Assembly: GCA_007376135.1 (NCBI GenBank)
Contig: VMFR01000002.1
Coordinates: 92,870 to 156,869 of the forward strand
Length of the DNA stretch: 64,000 nt
Source: Parcubacteria group bacterium Gr01-1014_31
Lineage (GTDB): Bacteria; Patescibacteriota; Patescibacteriia; Buchananbacterales; GWA2-38-13
Direction of reading: 5' to 3'
Shown here one piece after another: positions 8,948 to 16,731 of this stretch. Numbering within the stretch: the stretch's first letter is position 1; each line of letters begins with the position of its first letter. The translations under genes and the position numbers were made by a program. The notes below the pieces were generated by a model. That model was not told the origin of the DNA, did not search any database, and saw nothing but the letters and a program-made list of their open reading frames with translations.

Positions 8948-9973
8948 TCAACAACTAAGCTGGTGGCAGACGCGCTGGTTACTGCCGCCCGGAATATGAA
9001 TCTGGGGTTTTGGCGACTGCAGCAACAAAGCAGGCGTTTGATGGTCGGGCAGAGCTAAGGCCAGGCCAGGACCCGTAGGGCAATGGACTGGCGAGCCCAC
9101 ACGGGCCGATGCGGGCGGCGTCAATAAAAATACGAAGAGCATCATCGCGACTGCGGTTGCGATGATGTGCACGAACGGCACGGGGGCAGAAGAAAAGCGT
9201 TGACCGGCAAGCGTGGCCACGCGGACGGAGATCAACCCACGTTGGGCGAATGCAACTGCCACCCCGCGGGGAACAGCGGCGGCGGAAAGCTGATAAAGCG
9301 CTCGTGCCAGCGCAGCTCGGCCACCGGGTTGATGCAGCGCAGCGTTATCCGCAGCTATTTCCTGCGCAACGGTATACCGCTGCCGCAACACGCCCACCAA
9401 GGGCAGAAAGAATAACGCCTGCTGCAGGGCCGTCAGAAGCGCCATGCGCATCGGATCCCGGCGCCGACGATGGTGATCTTCGTGGGCAAGCACTGCACTA
9501 AGTTCCGGCTCTTGTAACCGCGCTACCGTAGTGGTCGAAAGATATATTCTTGGATGGAAAAAACCGGTACAAAAGCACAGCGGCCGAGGTGAATCCACCA
9601 CCACCAGCGAGTCGGCGTTCAACCGCAACCGCCTTCGCAGCTGATGTATCGGCGTCGGCTCGATGTCAGTGATCAGGTCGGTCAGCGAGCGCCGCAAACG
9701 GTTCGTCGCCAGAACCTGCCAGAGCAGCGACCCAATACATACTACCGCGAGCATGGTTGGGATACTCAACGCCAGCAATAATTGGATCGGCATACCGACA
9801 AACAGCGAACCGAGTACCTCGGTGCAACGGGCACGCACCGCCATGACCACCTGCTGAACCTCGAACGATCGCAGGGCGCGCAGGAGTACTTGCCCCAGCA
9901 CGACAAAGACGCCAGTCCCTATGGCGAGCGCGGCTAAAAATGTTCCATCGTACCACTGGCGGAATCGCGTCAT
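8948..9973 (-). CDS. BlaR1/MecR1-like M56 family membrane metalloprotease (signal transducer), lacking a penicillin-binding sensor domain
   Basis: 341 aa. Four TM helices and HEDHH zinc motif in a cytoplasmic loop, as in M56 peptidases. Too short for a C-terminal PBP-type sensor. C-terminus is Cys/His-containing (HCPTGP...VCHQLSC). Directly downstream of the BlaI-family repressor gene. Confidence 0.65.
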   Translation of the reverse strand: MTRFRQWYDGTFLAALAIGTGVFVVLGQVLLRALRSFEVQQVVMAVRARCTEVLGSLFVGMPIQLLLALSIPTMLAVVCIGSLLWQVLATNRLRRSLTDLITDIEPTPIHQLRRRLRLNADSLVVVDSPRPLCFCTGFFHPRIYLSTTTVARLQEPELSAVLAHEDHHRRRRDPMRMALLTALQQALFFLPLVGVLRQRYTVAQEIAADNAALHQPGGRAALARALYQLSAAAVPRGVAVAFAQRGLISVRVATLAGQRFSSAPVPFVHIIATAVAMMLFVFLLTPPASARVGSPVHCPTGPGLALALPDHQTPALLLQSPKPQIHIPGGSNQRVCHQLSC

Positions 9974-9982
9974 ACCACAAGA

Positions 9983-10378
9983 TTATTCCCCTTTCGCGTG
10001 CTTTGCAGAACGGAGCTGATGCAGCAACCGCTTAAGCGCTTTGCGGTCGGTGCGCTGCAGCTCTTCGGCAAAACACGCGACGGCCACCGGACCGAACTGG
10101 CGTCTCATCTGCCCAAAAAACGTTTCTGCCGCCGACCGAAAAAACTGCTCTGGCGTAAAAACGGCTTGATAGTGGTGCACCTGCCCAGCCGCGCGTACGA
10201 GCAATCCTTTGACGGCCAGCCGATTGATAACGGTCAGGACCGTCGTATAGGCCAGATCACGGTTGCGCTGCAGGAGCCGCACGACCTCGCCGACCGGCAA
10301 TGGTTTTTGGTACGACCAAAAAATAGCCATCACTCGATGTTCGAGTTCACCCAGGAGTTGGCGCGGAATTCGTCTCAC
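9983..10378 (-). CDS. BlaI/MecI/CopY-family winged-helix transcriptional repressor
   Basis: 131 aa. N-terminal MAIFW...PLPVGEVVRLL...YTTVLTVINRLAVKGLL matches the Penicillinase_R winged helix. No C-terminal CxCx4CxC copper site. Confidence 0.8.
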   Translation of the reverse strand: MRRIPRQLLGELEHRVMAIFWSYQKPLPVGEVVRLLQRNRDLAYTTVLTVINRLAVKGLLVRAAGQVHHYQAVFTPEQFFRSAAETFFGQMRRQFGPVAVACFAEELQRTDRKALKRLLHQLRSAKHAKGE

Positions 10379-10381
10379 AAA

Positions 10382-10429
10382 GAATTACTACAGATTGTAG
10401 TTAGTGTTTACTACAATCTGTAGTAATTC
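10382..10429. promoter_or_regulatory. BlaI/CopY-type operator: 20-bp perfect inverted repeat containing TACAnnnTGTA boxes
   Basis: GAATTACTACAGATTGTAGT .. 8 nt .. ACTACAATCTGTAGTAATTC. Each arm itself contains ACTACAgatTGTAGT. Sits immediately upstream of the repressor gene start, consistent with autoregulation. Confidence 0.6.
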
Positions 10430-10607
10430 TTACAAGGAGTCAAGCAAAGTTATCCACACGAAATCTTGATGCCAAGGCCGCGCACCAGTTCTCGCCGTAA
10501 TTCACCCAACCACAACACAATCGGATGCCAATGGCACAGAATGTTTCTCTACCCGCCCGATTTCCTGATGCAAATTTGCAGGTGATCCCATCCTCCCGCG
10601 CGCCGTT

Positions 10608-10641
10608 AAAAAAAAACGAGAGGAAAATTCCTCTCGTTTTT
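10608..10641. terminator. bidirectional rho-independent terminator
   Basis: A9-CGAGAGGAAAATTCCTCTCG-T5: GC stem flanked by an A-run and a T-run. Confidence 0.55.
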
Positions 10642-10689
10642 CATCCCTTCTCTCGAAAGTTCGAAATCTCGTTTCCTGGTTGAACGCCG

Positions 10690-10944
10690 CTACGACAGGT
10701 GCTTGGAGACAAGCTTGGTCATTTCGAACATGCTGACGGTTGCCTGGCCGCCAAAGACTGCCTTGAGCTTCTCATCCGCGTTGATGTTGCGCTTGTTCTG
10801 GGCATCCTGCAGGTTGTTTTTCTTGATGTAAACCCACAGCTGTTTAGCAACTTCCGACCGGGGCATCGGCCCCGGGCCGATAACGGCTGCCAGCTCGGCG
10901 CTGACCTGCATTGGCTTCATGAACGCGGAATTGGCCTTTGGCAT
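10690..10944 (-). CDS. SWIB/MDM2-domain protein
   Basis: 84 aa from MPKANSAFMKPMQVSAELAAVIG...LWVYIKKNNLQD...KLKAVFGG, matching the SWIB/MDM2 fold consensus. The longer ORF to 11070 has no support. Confidence 0.55.
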   Translation of the reverse strand: MPKANSAFMKPMQVSAELAAVIGPGPMPRSEVAKQLWVYIKKNNLQDAQNKRNINADEKLKAVFGGQATVSMFEMTKLVSKHLS

Positions 10945-11015
10945 ACGGTTTTTATTGGTTAGTTGTTTAATGGTCTTTACTATAACACTATTTCCCTCCC
11001 AAGCGGAGGGGGCGC

Positions 11016-11453
11016 TTATTTCTTGCTGGTGCAGTTGAACATCCACTGGATGCCATACTTGTCGGTGCACGAACCGAAGTAATCGCCCCAGAACATCTCC
11101 TGCAGCTGCATGCCTACCTTGCCGCCCTTGGAGAGCGCCACAAACAAGCGATCCGTTTCGCCCCGTGTGTCGGGCTCCAGGTTGATGTGCATATTGTTCC
11201 CCGGGGTAACCGTGAAGCCCATGGACTCGGGCGCGTCGGTGCCCATTAGGACATGCCCGCCAAGGATTTTGATCTCCACATGCATGACCAGATTTTTGTC
11301 CGCCGCCGCCATCGGGGGCGTCCCTGGTTGCGGGGGGACCTCGGAGAACCGATGGATGCCATTGGTAAACTCGCCGCCGAACACCGATTTATAAAAATTG
11401 AACGCTTCCTCGGTCGTGCGAGGAAAATTCAGATACGTGCTGACTCGGGCCAT
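11016..11453 (-). CDS. VOC-family (PhnB/glyoxalase-like) protein
   Basis: 145 aa. YLNF...EEAFNFYKSVFGG start typical of PhnB-like 3-demethylubiquinone methyltransferase-fold proteins. Confidence 0.65.
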   Translation of the reverse strand: MARVSTYLNFPRTTEEAFNFYKSVFGGEFTNGIHRFSEVPPQPGTPPMAAADKNLVMHVEIKILGGHVLMGTDAPESMGFTVTPGNNMHINLEPDTRGETDRLFVALSKGGKVGMQLQEMFWGDYFGSCTDKYGIQWMFNCTSKK

Positions 11454-11539
11454 ACTGATGATAGTTACTTGGATAATTTAGATCTCCCTCGCGAGCGGAG
11501 AGGGAGGCTCAAAAAATCATATAGGAGTAACCCCCAGGG

Positions 11540-11624
11540 CGGAGAGGGAGGGATTCGAACCCTCGAACCCTTGCGGGTTACCGCATTTCGAGTGCGGCGC
11601 ACTAGTCCACTATGCGACCTCTCC
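11540..11624 (-). tRNA. tRNA-Ser (anticodon CGA)
   Basis: Minus-strand GGAGAGGTCGCATAGTGGACTAGTGCGCCGCACTCGAAATGCGGTAACCCGCAAGGGTTCGAGGGTTCGAATCCCTCCCTCTCCG. 7-bp acceptor stem, anticodon loop CUCGAAA, long variable arm, GTTCGAATC T-loop. CCA not encoded. Confidence 0.85.
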
Positions 11625-11942
11625 GCTCTGGGGGTTAAAAAACATTTGGACGACCGGATATACCAGCACAAGTATGCGCGAATGGCATTACCCGCGGACC
11701 CCGCACCAATTTTGCACCAGGGAGACGGCCCCGCCATTCGGCGGGGTAAACTCCGCGCTGCGCCCTAAACGGGGAGGGCCTATTCGTCCAGCCCATTCCG
11801 CGAATGAGCTGGATTATTTCCGTACCTTTCTTTATTGTCCCACCCGCACACGTGCGGGCGTTCTGGAGGACGGAAAGTAAAATTATGCTATACTGAAAAA
11901 AGCTAAAAGTCAACGAAAAAAGGCTGAACCTCCTTATTTCTT

Positions 11943-12821
11943 ATGCCCTCTGTCCGCAAGCTCGTCATCCCCGTGGCGGGTCTCGGCACCCGCTTTCTCC
12001 CGGCCACCAAAGCGCAACCCAAGGAAATGCTGCCGCTCCTGGACAAGCCCATCATCCAGTACATCGTGGAAGAGGCAGTGCGCTCCGGCATCACCGACAT
12101 CATCCTGGTGACCGGCAAGACCAAGCGCGCCATTGAGGACCACTTCGACCGCGACGAGGAACTGGTCAACTACCTCAAGACCCACAACAAGGCCGAGGCG
12201 TCCGAGAATATCAGAAAGATATCCGAGATGGCCAATTTCATCTTCGTGCGCCAGAAGGGGCCGTACGGCAACGGCACGCCCGTGCTCAACGCGCGGCACA
12301 TCATCGGCGACGAGCCGTTCGCGGTGGTCTGGGGCGACGACATTTGGCGCTGCCCGACGGACCCGCACGTGGCGCAGCTGGTGTCCGTCTACGAGCGCTA
12401 CCACGACCCGGTCATCACGCTGAAGGAAACCGACGACGAGGGCGCGCGCCGCTACGGCATCGTGGAAGGCCCCGAGGTGCAGCCGGGCGTGTACCAGCTT
12501 AACCAGATCATGGAAAAGCCCGGGCCGGACAAAACGCGCAGCCGCCTGGCGTCGCACGGCGGGTACGTTTTCACCCCCGACATCTTTGACGCGCTGGCCG
12601 AGACCGCGCTGGGCCGCGACGGCGAGCTGTGGCTGGTGGACGCCATCGCCAACCTCCTGAAGCGCCGCACCATCTACGGCAAGGTCATCGAAGGCGAATT
12701 CTACGACACCGGCAACAAGATCGGCTGGCTGAAGGCCAACGTCGAGTTCGCGTTGCGCGATGCCCACGTCGGCCCGGCATTTGAAGCCCATCTGAAACGC
12801 CGCATATGCGATACCAAGTAA
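11943..12821 (+). CDS. galU: UTP--glucose-1-phosphate uridylyltransferase
   Basis: 292 aa. VIPVAGLGTRFLPATKAQPKEMLP N-terminal nucleotidyltransferase motif and overall GalU architecture. Confidence 0.9.
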   Translation: MPSVRKLVIPVAGLGTRFLPATKAQPKEMLPLLDKPIIQYIVEEAVRSGITDIILVTGKTKRAIEDHFDRDEELVNYLKTHNKAEASENIRKISEMANFIFVRQKGPYGNGTPVLNARHIIGDEPFAVVWGDDIWRCPTDPHVAQLVSVYERYHDPVITLKETDDEGARRYGIVEGPEVQPGVYQLNQIMEKPGPDKTRSRLASHGGYVFTPDIFDALAETALGRDGELWLVDAIANLLKRRTIYGKVIEGEFYDTGNKIGWLKANVEFALRDAHVGPAFEAHLKRRICDTK

Positions 12822-14188
12822 ACCGCCGCCTGCTGCCGCTGTTGCTGCTCGGCACCCTCGTGCTGACCGCCGGATTCCGCTGCACGCTGGTGCCCCAGAA
12901 AGTCCGCGAGCTGCTCAAGCCCGTGACCCTGGACTGGTGGCGCGTCTACGATTCTCCCAGCGACCTTTCCGACATCATCAACAGCTACCGCGCCATCCAC
13001 CCCAACATCACCATCAACGTCCGCACGCTGCGCTACGAGGAGTTCCGCGACAAGCTGCTGGAAGCCTACGCCAAGCGGCAGGAGCCTGACATCATCTCCA
13101 TGCACGTGGGGTGGCTGCGCTATTACCTGCGCCAGGGGTTCATCCAACCGATGCCCGCCAGCGTCACGATGGCGTACCAAAAGACCCAAAAAACTTTGGG
13201 CGTGAAAGAAGAGGTATTGATCGAACAGCGCACCACCACGATGCCGTCCCTGGGCCAGCTGCAGGCGCAGTACCTGGATACGGTGGTGCGGGACATCATG
13301 ATCAGCGGCAAGGTCTACGGGTTCCCGCTGTCGGTGGACACGCTGGCGCTGTTCTACAACCGCGCGCTGTTCAACGCCGCCGGTATTCCCCTGCCGCCCG
13401 CCAGTTGGAACGAATTCCAGGAAATGGCGGCCAAGCTCACCCTGCGGGATGCCGACGGCAATATCCAGCAGGCCGGCGCGGCGCTGGGCACGGGCGCCAA
13501 CGTCCGCCGCGGCGCGGACGTGCTGTCCCTCCTGCTGCTGCAGAACGGCACCTACGTCATGACCGAGAGCGGCGCGGCGCAATTTCACATCGGCCCCAGC
13601 GGCCGCGACGCCTACCACCCGGGCCTGGAAGCGCTGCGCTTCTACACCGATTTTGCCAACCCGACCAAGGAAGTCTACAGCTGGAACGCGCAGCAGCCCG
13701 ATTCCATCTCGGCGTTCGCCGCCAGCCGCGTGGCCATGACCTTTGGCTACAGCTTTGACCTGGCCGAGATCAAGGCCGCCAGCCGCGGCCGGCTGAACAT
13801 GGGCGTGGTGCCCGTGCCCCAGCTCCCGGGCGTGAACGCCAACGTCGCCAGCTATTGGGTGGAAACGGTGTCCAGCCGCACCAACAACCCCAGCGAAGCC
13901 TGGGATTTCCTCCTCCACGCCGCCAAGGCCGAGGTGGTCAAAACCTATCTGGCCAAAACGGGCAAGCCCACGGCCCTGCGCGCGCTGGTCAACGACCAGA
14001 AGGCCTCCGACCAGCTGGGCCCGTTCGCCTCGCAGCTCCTGACGGCCCGCACCTGGTACTTCGGCTATGACATGGACACGGGCGAGAACGTCCTGCGCGA
14101 ACTCATCGAGGCCCTCCCGGTCAGCGCCGAGACGCCCGCGCGGCTGATGACCCAGGCGGCGCGCCGGCTGGAAGAAACCTCACGCTAA
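12806..14188 (+). CDS. ABC-transporter solute-binding protein (family 1, sugar-type), secreted/lipoprotein
   Basis: 460 aa. Signal peptide with Cys (LTAGFRCT). SBP_bac_1-like size and pattern. Overlaps the galU stop by 16 nt. Confidence 0.7.
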   Translation: MRYQVNRRLLPLLLLGTLVLTAGFRCTLVPQKVRELLKPVTLDWWRVYDSPSDLSDIINSYRAIHPNITINVRTLRYEEFRDKLLEAYAKRQEPDIISMHVGWLRYYLRQGFIQPMPASVTMAYQKTQKTLGVKEEVLIEQRTTTMPSLGQLQAQYLDTVVRDIMISGKVYGFPLSVDTLALFYNRALFNAAGIPLPPASWNEFQEMAAKLTLRDADGNIQQAGAALGTGANVRRGADVLSLLLLQNGTYVMTESGAAQFHIGPSGRDAYHPGLEALRFYTDFANPTKEVYSWNAQQPDSISAFAASRVAMTFGYSFDLAEIKAASRGRLNMGVVPVPQLPGVNANVASYWVETVSSRTNNPSEAWDFLLHAAKAEVVKTYLAKTGKPTALRALVNDQKASDQLGPFASQLLTARTWYFGYDMDTGENVLRELIEALPVSAETPARLMTQAARRLEETSR

Positions 14189-14197
14189 CGCAACCCC

Positions 14198-14869
14198 ATG
14201 CGTTCATCCCGTTCCCTCATCCTGGCTGCCGCGCTCATGGCTGCGGCGTTCTTCGCCGCGCCGGACGCCGCCAATGCCCAGATGCACTGCTGCTGCGACG
14301 TGGAGTTCGAACGCTGCGCCCCTTCCCCCATCATGCAGGGACAGCCGGGCGTTGCCGGATACCCGTGTCCGCCAGTCGGCGACGAAACGCTGACCCTCTG
14401 GCGCGCCTCCAACGACCCGGCGTACCAGACGTGCTCAGCCTGGGTCAACCCGAACGCCGCTGAATTCCGTACCGCCGCCGAGCAGGAGGCGCGCGAACGC
14501 AGCTGGCTGAAGCTGGTCATCGGCACCGAACTCATCCCCGATGCCTGTCGCACCGGCGATGCGAAGGGCTGCACGCTGTCCCACCTGCTGCAGGTCCTTG
14601 CCAACGTCGCGCGGGCGATGCTGGCGTTGCTGGGCAGCGCGGCGTTCGCGATGTTCGTCTACGGCGGGGTGGTCTTTCTGACCTCCCAGGGCAACCAGGA
14701 GCGGGTCACTACGGGCCGGCGCATCCTCACCAATGCCGTATTGGGCATTCTGGTGGTGCTGGTATCCTGGACGGCGGTCAACTTCGTAGTGGTCGCCCTC
14801 AGCCAAGGCCGGGGCGGATTTGGCCAAATGGCCAACATCTTTGGCAATCAATGGAACCGCGGTCCATAA
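14198..14869 (+). CDS. VirB2/TrbC-like pilin family protein (T4SS-pilin-like) with Cys-rich N-terminal extension; paralog 1 of 9
   Basis: 223 aa. Signal peptide ending ANAQ, a roughly 110-aa domain with 10 Cys (QMHCCCDVEFERC...), then the shared C-terminal hairpin ...FVYGGVVFLTSQGNQERVTTGRRILTNAVLGILVVLVSW. This aligns with the GG(F/Y)xWMTAxGNEE..KAK..I..A.IGL block of the following genes. Confidence 0.6.
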   Translation: MRSSRSLILAAALMAAAFFAAPDAANAQMHCCCDVEFERCAPSPIMQGQPGVAGYPCPPVGDETLTLWRASNDPAYQTCSAWVNPNAAEFRTAAEQEARERSWLKLVIGTELIPDACRTGDAKGCTLSHLLQVLANVARAMLALLGSAAFAMFVYGGVVFLTSQGNQERVTTGRRILTNAVLGILVVLVSWTAVNFVVVALSQGRGGFGQMANIFGNQWNRGP

Positions 14870-14895
14870 GGTGTGGATAACCGGTTTAAAATTTG

Positions 14896-14924
14896 TTGAC
14901 AGGTAGTGAAAAACCTTGTATAAT
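14896..14924 (+). promoter_or_regulatory. consensus sigma70-type promoter (TTGACA-17-TATAAT) for pilin paralog 2
   Basis: TTGACA at 14896-14901, exactly 17-nt spacer, TATAAT at 14919-14924. About 105 nt upstream of ATG 15030, which carries a strong SD (GGAAGGGGGTGA). Confidence 0.6.
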
Positions 14925-15029
14925 TACTGTGTTTTCCTTTGCATTTTGCTTGAAACATAGCAGAATAATGCGGCTGGAACCGGGCGGGTGACCGCTTGGC
15001 GCCGGCAGCACTCGGAAGGGGGTGAAACA

Positions 15030-15395
15030 ATGAAAAAAATTACTACAGGGATTGCTACGGCCGCGGGGCTGATCGCAGCACTGCCGGTCTTCGCCCAGCT
15101 CCCGGCGACGGTTAACCAGGGGTTAGCCTACTCGACGATCGTCGGCTGGGGTACCCAGGACCTTCGTACGACCATCATGCTCGTGATCAACATCATCATG
15201 GGCTTCCTGGGAATTATCGCCGTTATCATCATTCTCACCGGTGGATTCAAGTGGATGACCGCCGGCGGCAACGAGGAGAAGGTAGCGGAGTCCAAGAAGC
15301 TGATCATCGCTGGTATCGTTGGTTTGGCAATTATCTTTGGCGCCTACGCGATCGCGTCGTTCGTCATCAGTTCGCTGGTGAACGCCACGACCTAG
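15030..15395 (+). CDS. VirB2/TrbC-like pilin (T4SS-pilin family), probable major subunit; paralog 2
   Basis: 121 aa. Signal peptide ...ALPVFAQ, short mature N-terminus, TM1 IMGFLGIIAVIIILTGGFKWMTAGGNEEKVAESKKLIIAGIVGLAIIFGAYAIASFVI (TM2). Start moved to the internal MKK with a good SD. Own promoter and terminator. Confidence 0.7.
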   Translation: MKKITTGIATAAGLIAALPVFAQLPATVNQGLAYSTIVGWGTQDLRTTIMLVINIIMGFLGIIAVIIILTGGFKWMTAGGNEEKVAESKKLIIAGIVGLAIIFGAYAIASFVISSLVNATT

Positions 15396-15420
15396 TTCGC
15401 AAGACTCCACAGAGGCAAAG

Positions 15421-15445
15421 GGCCCCGCTCGGCGGGGTCTTTTGT
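15421..15445 (+). terminator. rho-independent terminator after pilin paralog 2
   Basis: GGCCCCGCTCGGCGGGGTC hairpin followed by TTTTGTT. Confidence 0.5.
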
Positions 15446-15481
15446 TACGCCCGGCCGGTGGCGTTCGGGCCGCTGCTGCGA

Positions 15482-15487
15482 TATAAT
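15482..15487 (+). promoter_or_regulatory. candidate -10 element (TATAAT) for the pilin 3-8 operon
   Basis: GCTGCGATATAATGG lies 20 nt upstream of ATG 15508. No good -35 was found, so support is weak. Confidence 0.3.
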
Positions 15488-15507
15488 GGGTTCATCACTT
15501 TTTCCCC

Positions 15508-15903
15508 ATGCGCCGCCGATCTGCCGCCATTGTTCTGACCCTCCTGCTGGGTGTTGCGCTGGCGACGCCGATTTCTGCGGCGTTGGCCCAGGGTGACGAC
15601 TACGGCCTGAACGAAACCTATACCGCCGCCACCGGGGAGCAACCGCCCGCGAACCCCGACCCCCTGCCTCAAACCCTTGGGCTCATCATCAACTGGACGC
15701 TCGGGCTGCTGGGCTTTGTTTTCCTGATGCTCATGATCTGGGCCGGCATCGGCTGGATGACGGCCGGCGGCAACGAGGAGAAGGTGACGAAAGCGAAAAC
15801 GATGATCAACGCTGCCATCGCCGGTATGGTCGTGGTCTTCATTTCCTACGCGCTGGCCGACGCTATCGTTGCCGCGCTGTCGGCGGCGTCCAATACCGGC
15901 TAG
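15508..15903 (+). CDS. VirB2/TrbC-like pilin family protein; paralog 3
   Basis: 131 aa. Signal peptide ...AALAQ. Conserved LMLMIWAGIGWMTAGGNEEKVTKAKTMINAAIAGMVVVFISYALA. The 30-nt core is nearly identical to paralog 2. Confidence 0.7.
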   Translation: MRRRSAAIVLTLLLGVALATPISAALAQGDDYGLNETYTAATGEQPPANPDPLPQTLGLIINWTLGLLGFVFLMLMIWAGIGWMTAGGNEEKVTKAKTMINAAIAGMVVVFISYALADAIVAALSAASNTG

Positions 15904-15911
15904 CTCTCCCT

Positions 15912-16319
15912 ATGCGCCCTCCCCGGCAACTCATTGCCCACACCGCCGCCGGCTTGCTGGTGTTCCCCGGCGCCGCCTTGGCCCAGAACGAATATCGCGG
16001 CATCGGCAAGGTCATCAACAAAGCGATGCGCGACACGGCGCTGTTCGCGGGGTTCATCCCCGAGAGCGGCCAGCCGCGCAACTTCATGCAGATCATGGGC
16101 GCCTACACCAACGGCATCATCACTTTTCTCGGCCTCATTTTCCTGGTGCTCATCATCTGGGCCGGCTTCAAGTGGATGACGGCCGCCGGCAATGAAGACC
16201 AGGTCACCAAGGCGCGCGGCTACATCAAGAATGCCGCCATCGGGCTGACCATCATCCTGGTGGCGCGGATGATCACCTACCTGCTGCTGGAGATCATCCA
16301 GCCCGCCGTCACGCCATAG
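15912..16319 (+). CDS. VirB2/TrbC-like pilin family protein; paralog 4
   Basis: 135 aa. ...AALAQ signal. LVLIIWAGFKWMTAAGNEDQVTKARGYIKNAAIGLTIILVARMITY. 8-nt gap from paralog 3, no SD. Confidence 0.7.
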   Translation: MRPPRQLIAHTAAGLLVFPGAALAQNEYRGIGKVINKAMRDTALFAGFIPESGQPRNFMQIMGAYTNGIITFLGLIFLVLIIWAGFKWMTAAGNEDQVTKARGYIKNAAIGLTIILVARMITYLLLEIIQPAVTP

Positions 16320-16322
16320 CCT

Positions 16323-16727
16323 ATGCACGCAAAAATCCCCTCGCTTCCCCGCTGGCTGGCTGCCGCCGTGGCGCTGGCGCCAAGCGCGGCGCTGGCACAA
16401 ACGACCCGCAGCGCGGGCGGGCTGTTCGCTAACATCCGCTCCAACATTGAAACATCGGGTATCATGCCGGGCACGGCCACCGACGCACAGCAGGTCATCG
16501 GTGGCATCATCACCGGCGTCATCGGGCTGCTGGGCGTCATTTTCTTCATCCTCATTCTCTACGGCGGGTACCTGTGGATGACGGCGCGCGGCAATGAGCA
16601 GCAGATAGAAAAAGCCAAGGACATCATCAAATCCTCCAGCATCGGGCTGGCGGTCGTGCTGGGCGCCTACCTCATCACGTTCATCGTGGTGCAGCTGCTC
16701 ATCAGCCAGACGCTAACGTCGCTGTAG
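16323..16727 (+). CDS. VirB2/TrbC-like pilin family protein; paralog 5
   Basis: 134 aa. ...AALAQ signal. ILILYGGYLWMTARGNEQQIEKAKDIIKSSSIGLAVVLGAYLITF. 3-nt gap from paralog 4. Confidence 0.7.
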   Translation: MHAKIPSLPRWLAAAVALAPSAALAQTTRSAGGLFANIRSNIETSGIMPGTATDAQQVIGGIITGVIGLLGVIFFILILYGGYLWMTARGNEQQIEKAKDIIKSSSIGLAVVLGAYLITFIVVQLLISQTLTSL

Positions 16728-16731
16728 ACCT

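Noticed and set aside
10450-10458. Perfect DnaA box TTATCCACA in the blaI upstream intergenic region
   Set aside because: A single isolated 9-mer with no clustering or AT-rich DUE. More likely chance or a transcription-factor site than an origin. Mentioned only as context for the oriC discussion.
11465-11737. ORFs overlapping the tRNA-Ser locus (11465..11737 -, 11253..11768 +)
   Set aside because: The region is occupied by a well-formed tRNA. The ORFs are chance open frames.
12701-13918. 405-aa ORF antisense to the solute-binding-protein gene, and similar long antisense ORFs (1847..2563, 2684..3622, 5035..6096, 11934..12791, 19755..20906, 28995..30161, 51190..52281, 57901..58935)
   Set aside because: Each overlaps a gene with strong family evidence on the other strand and shows the low-complexity R/G/A/P bias expected for non-coding frames at 65% GC.
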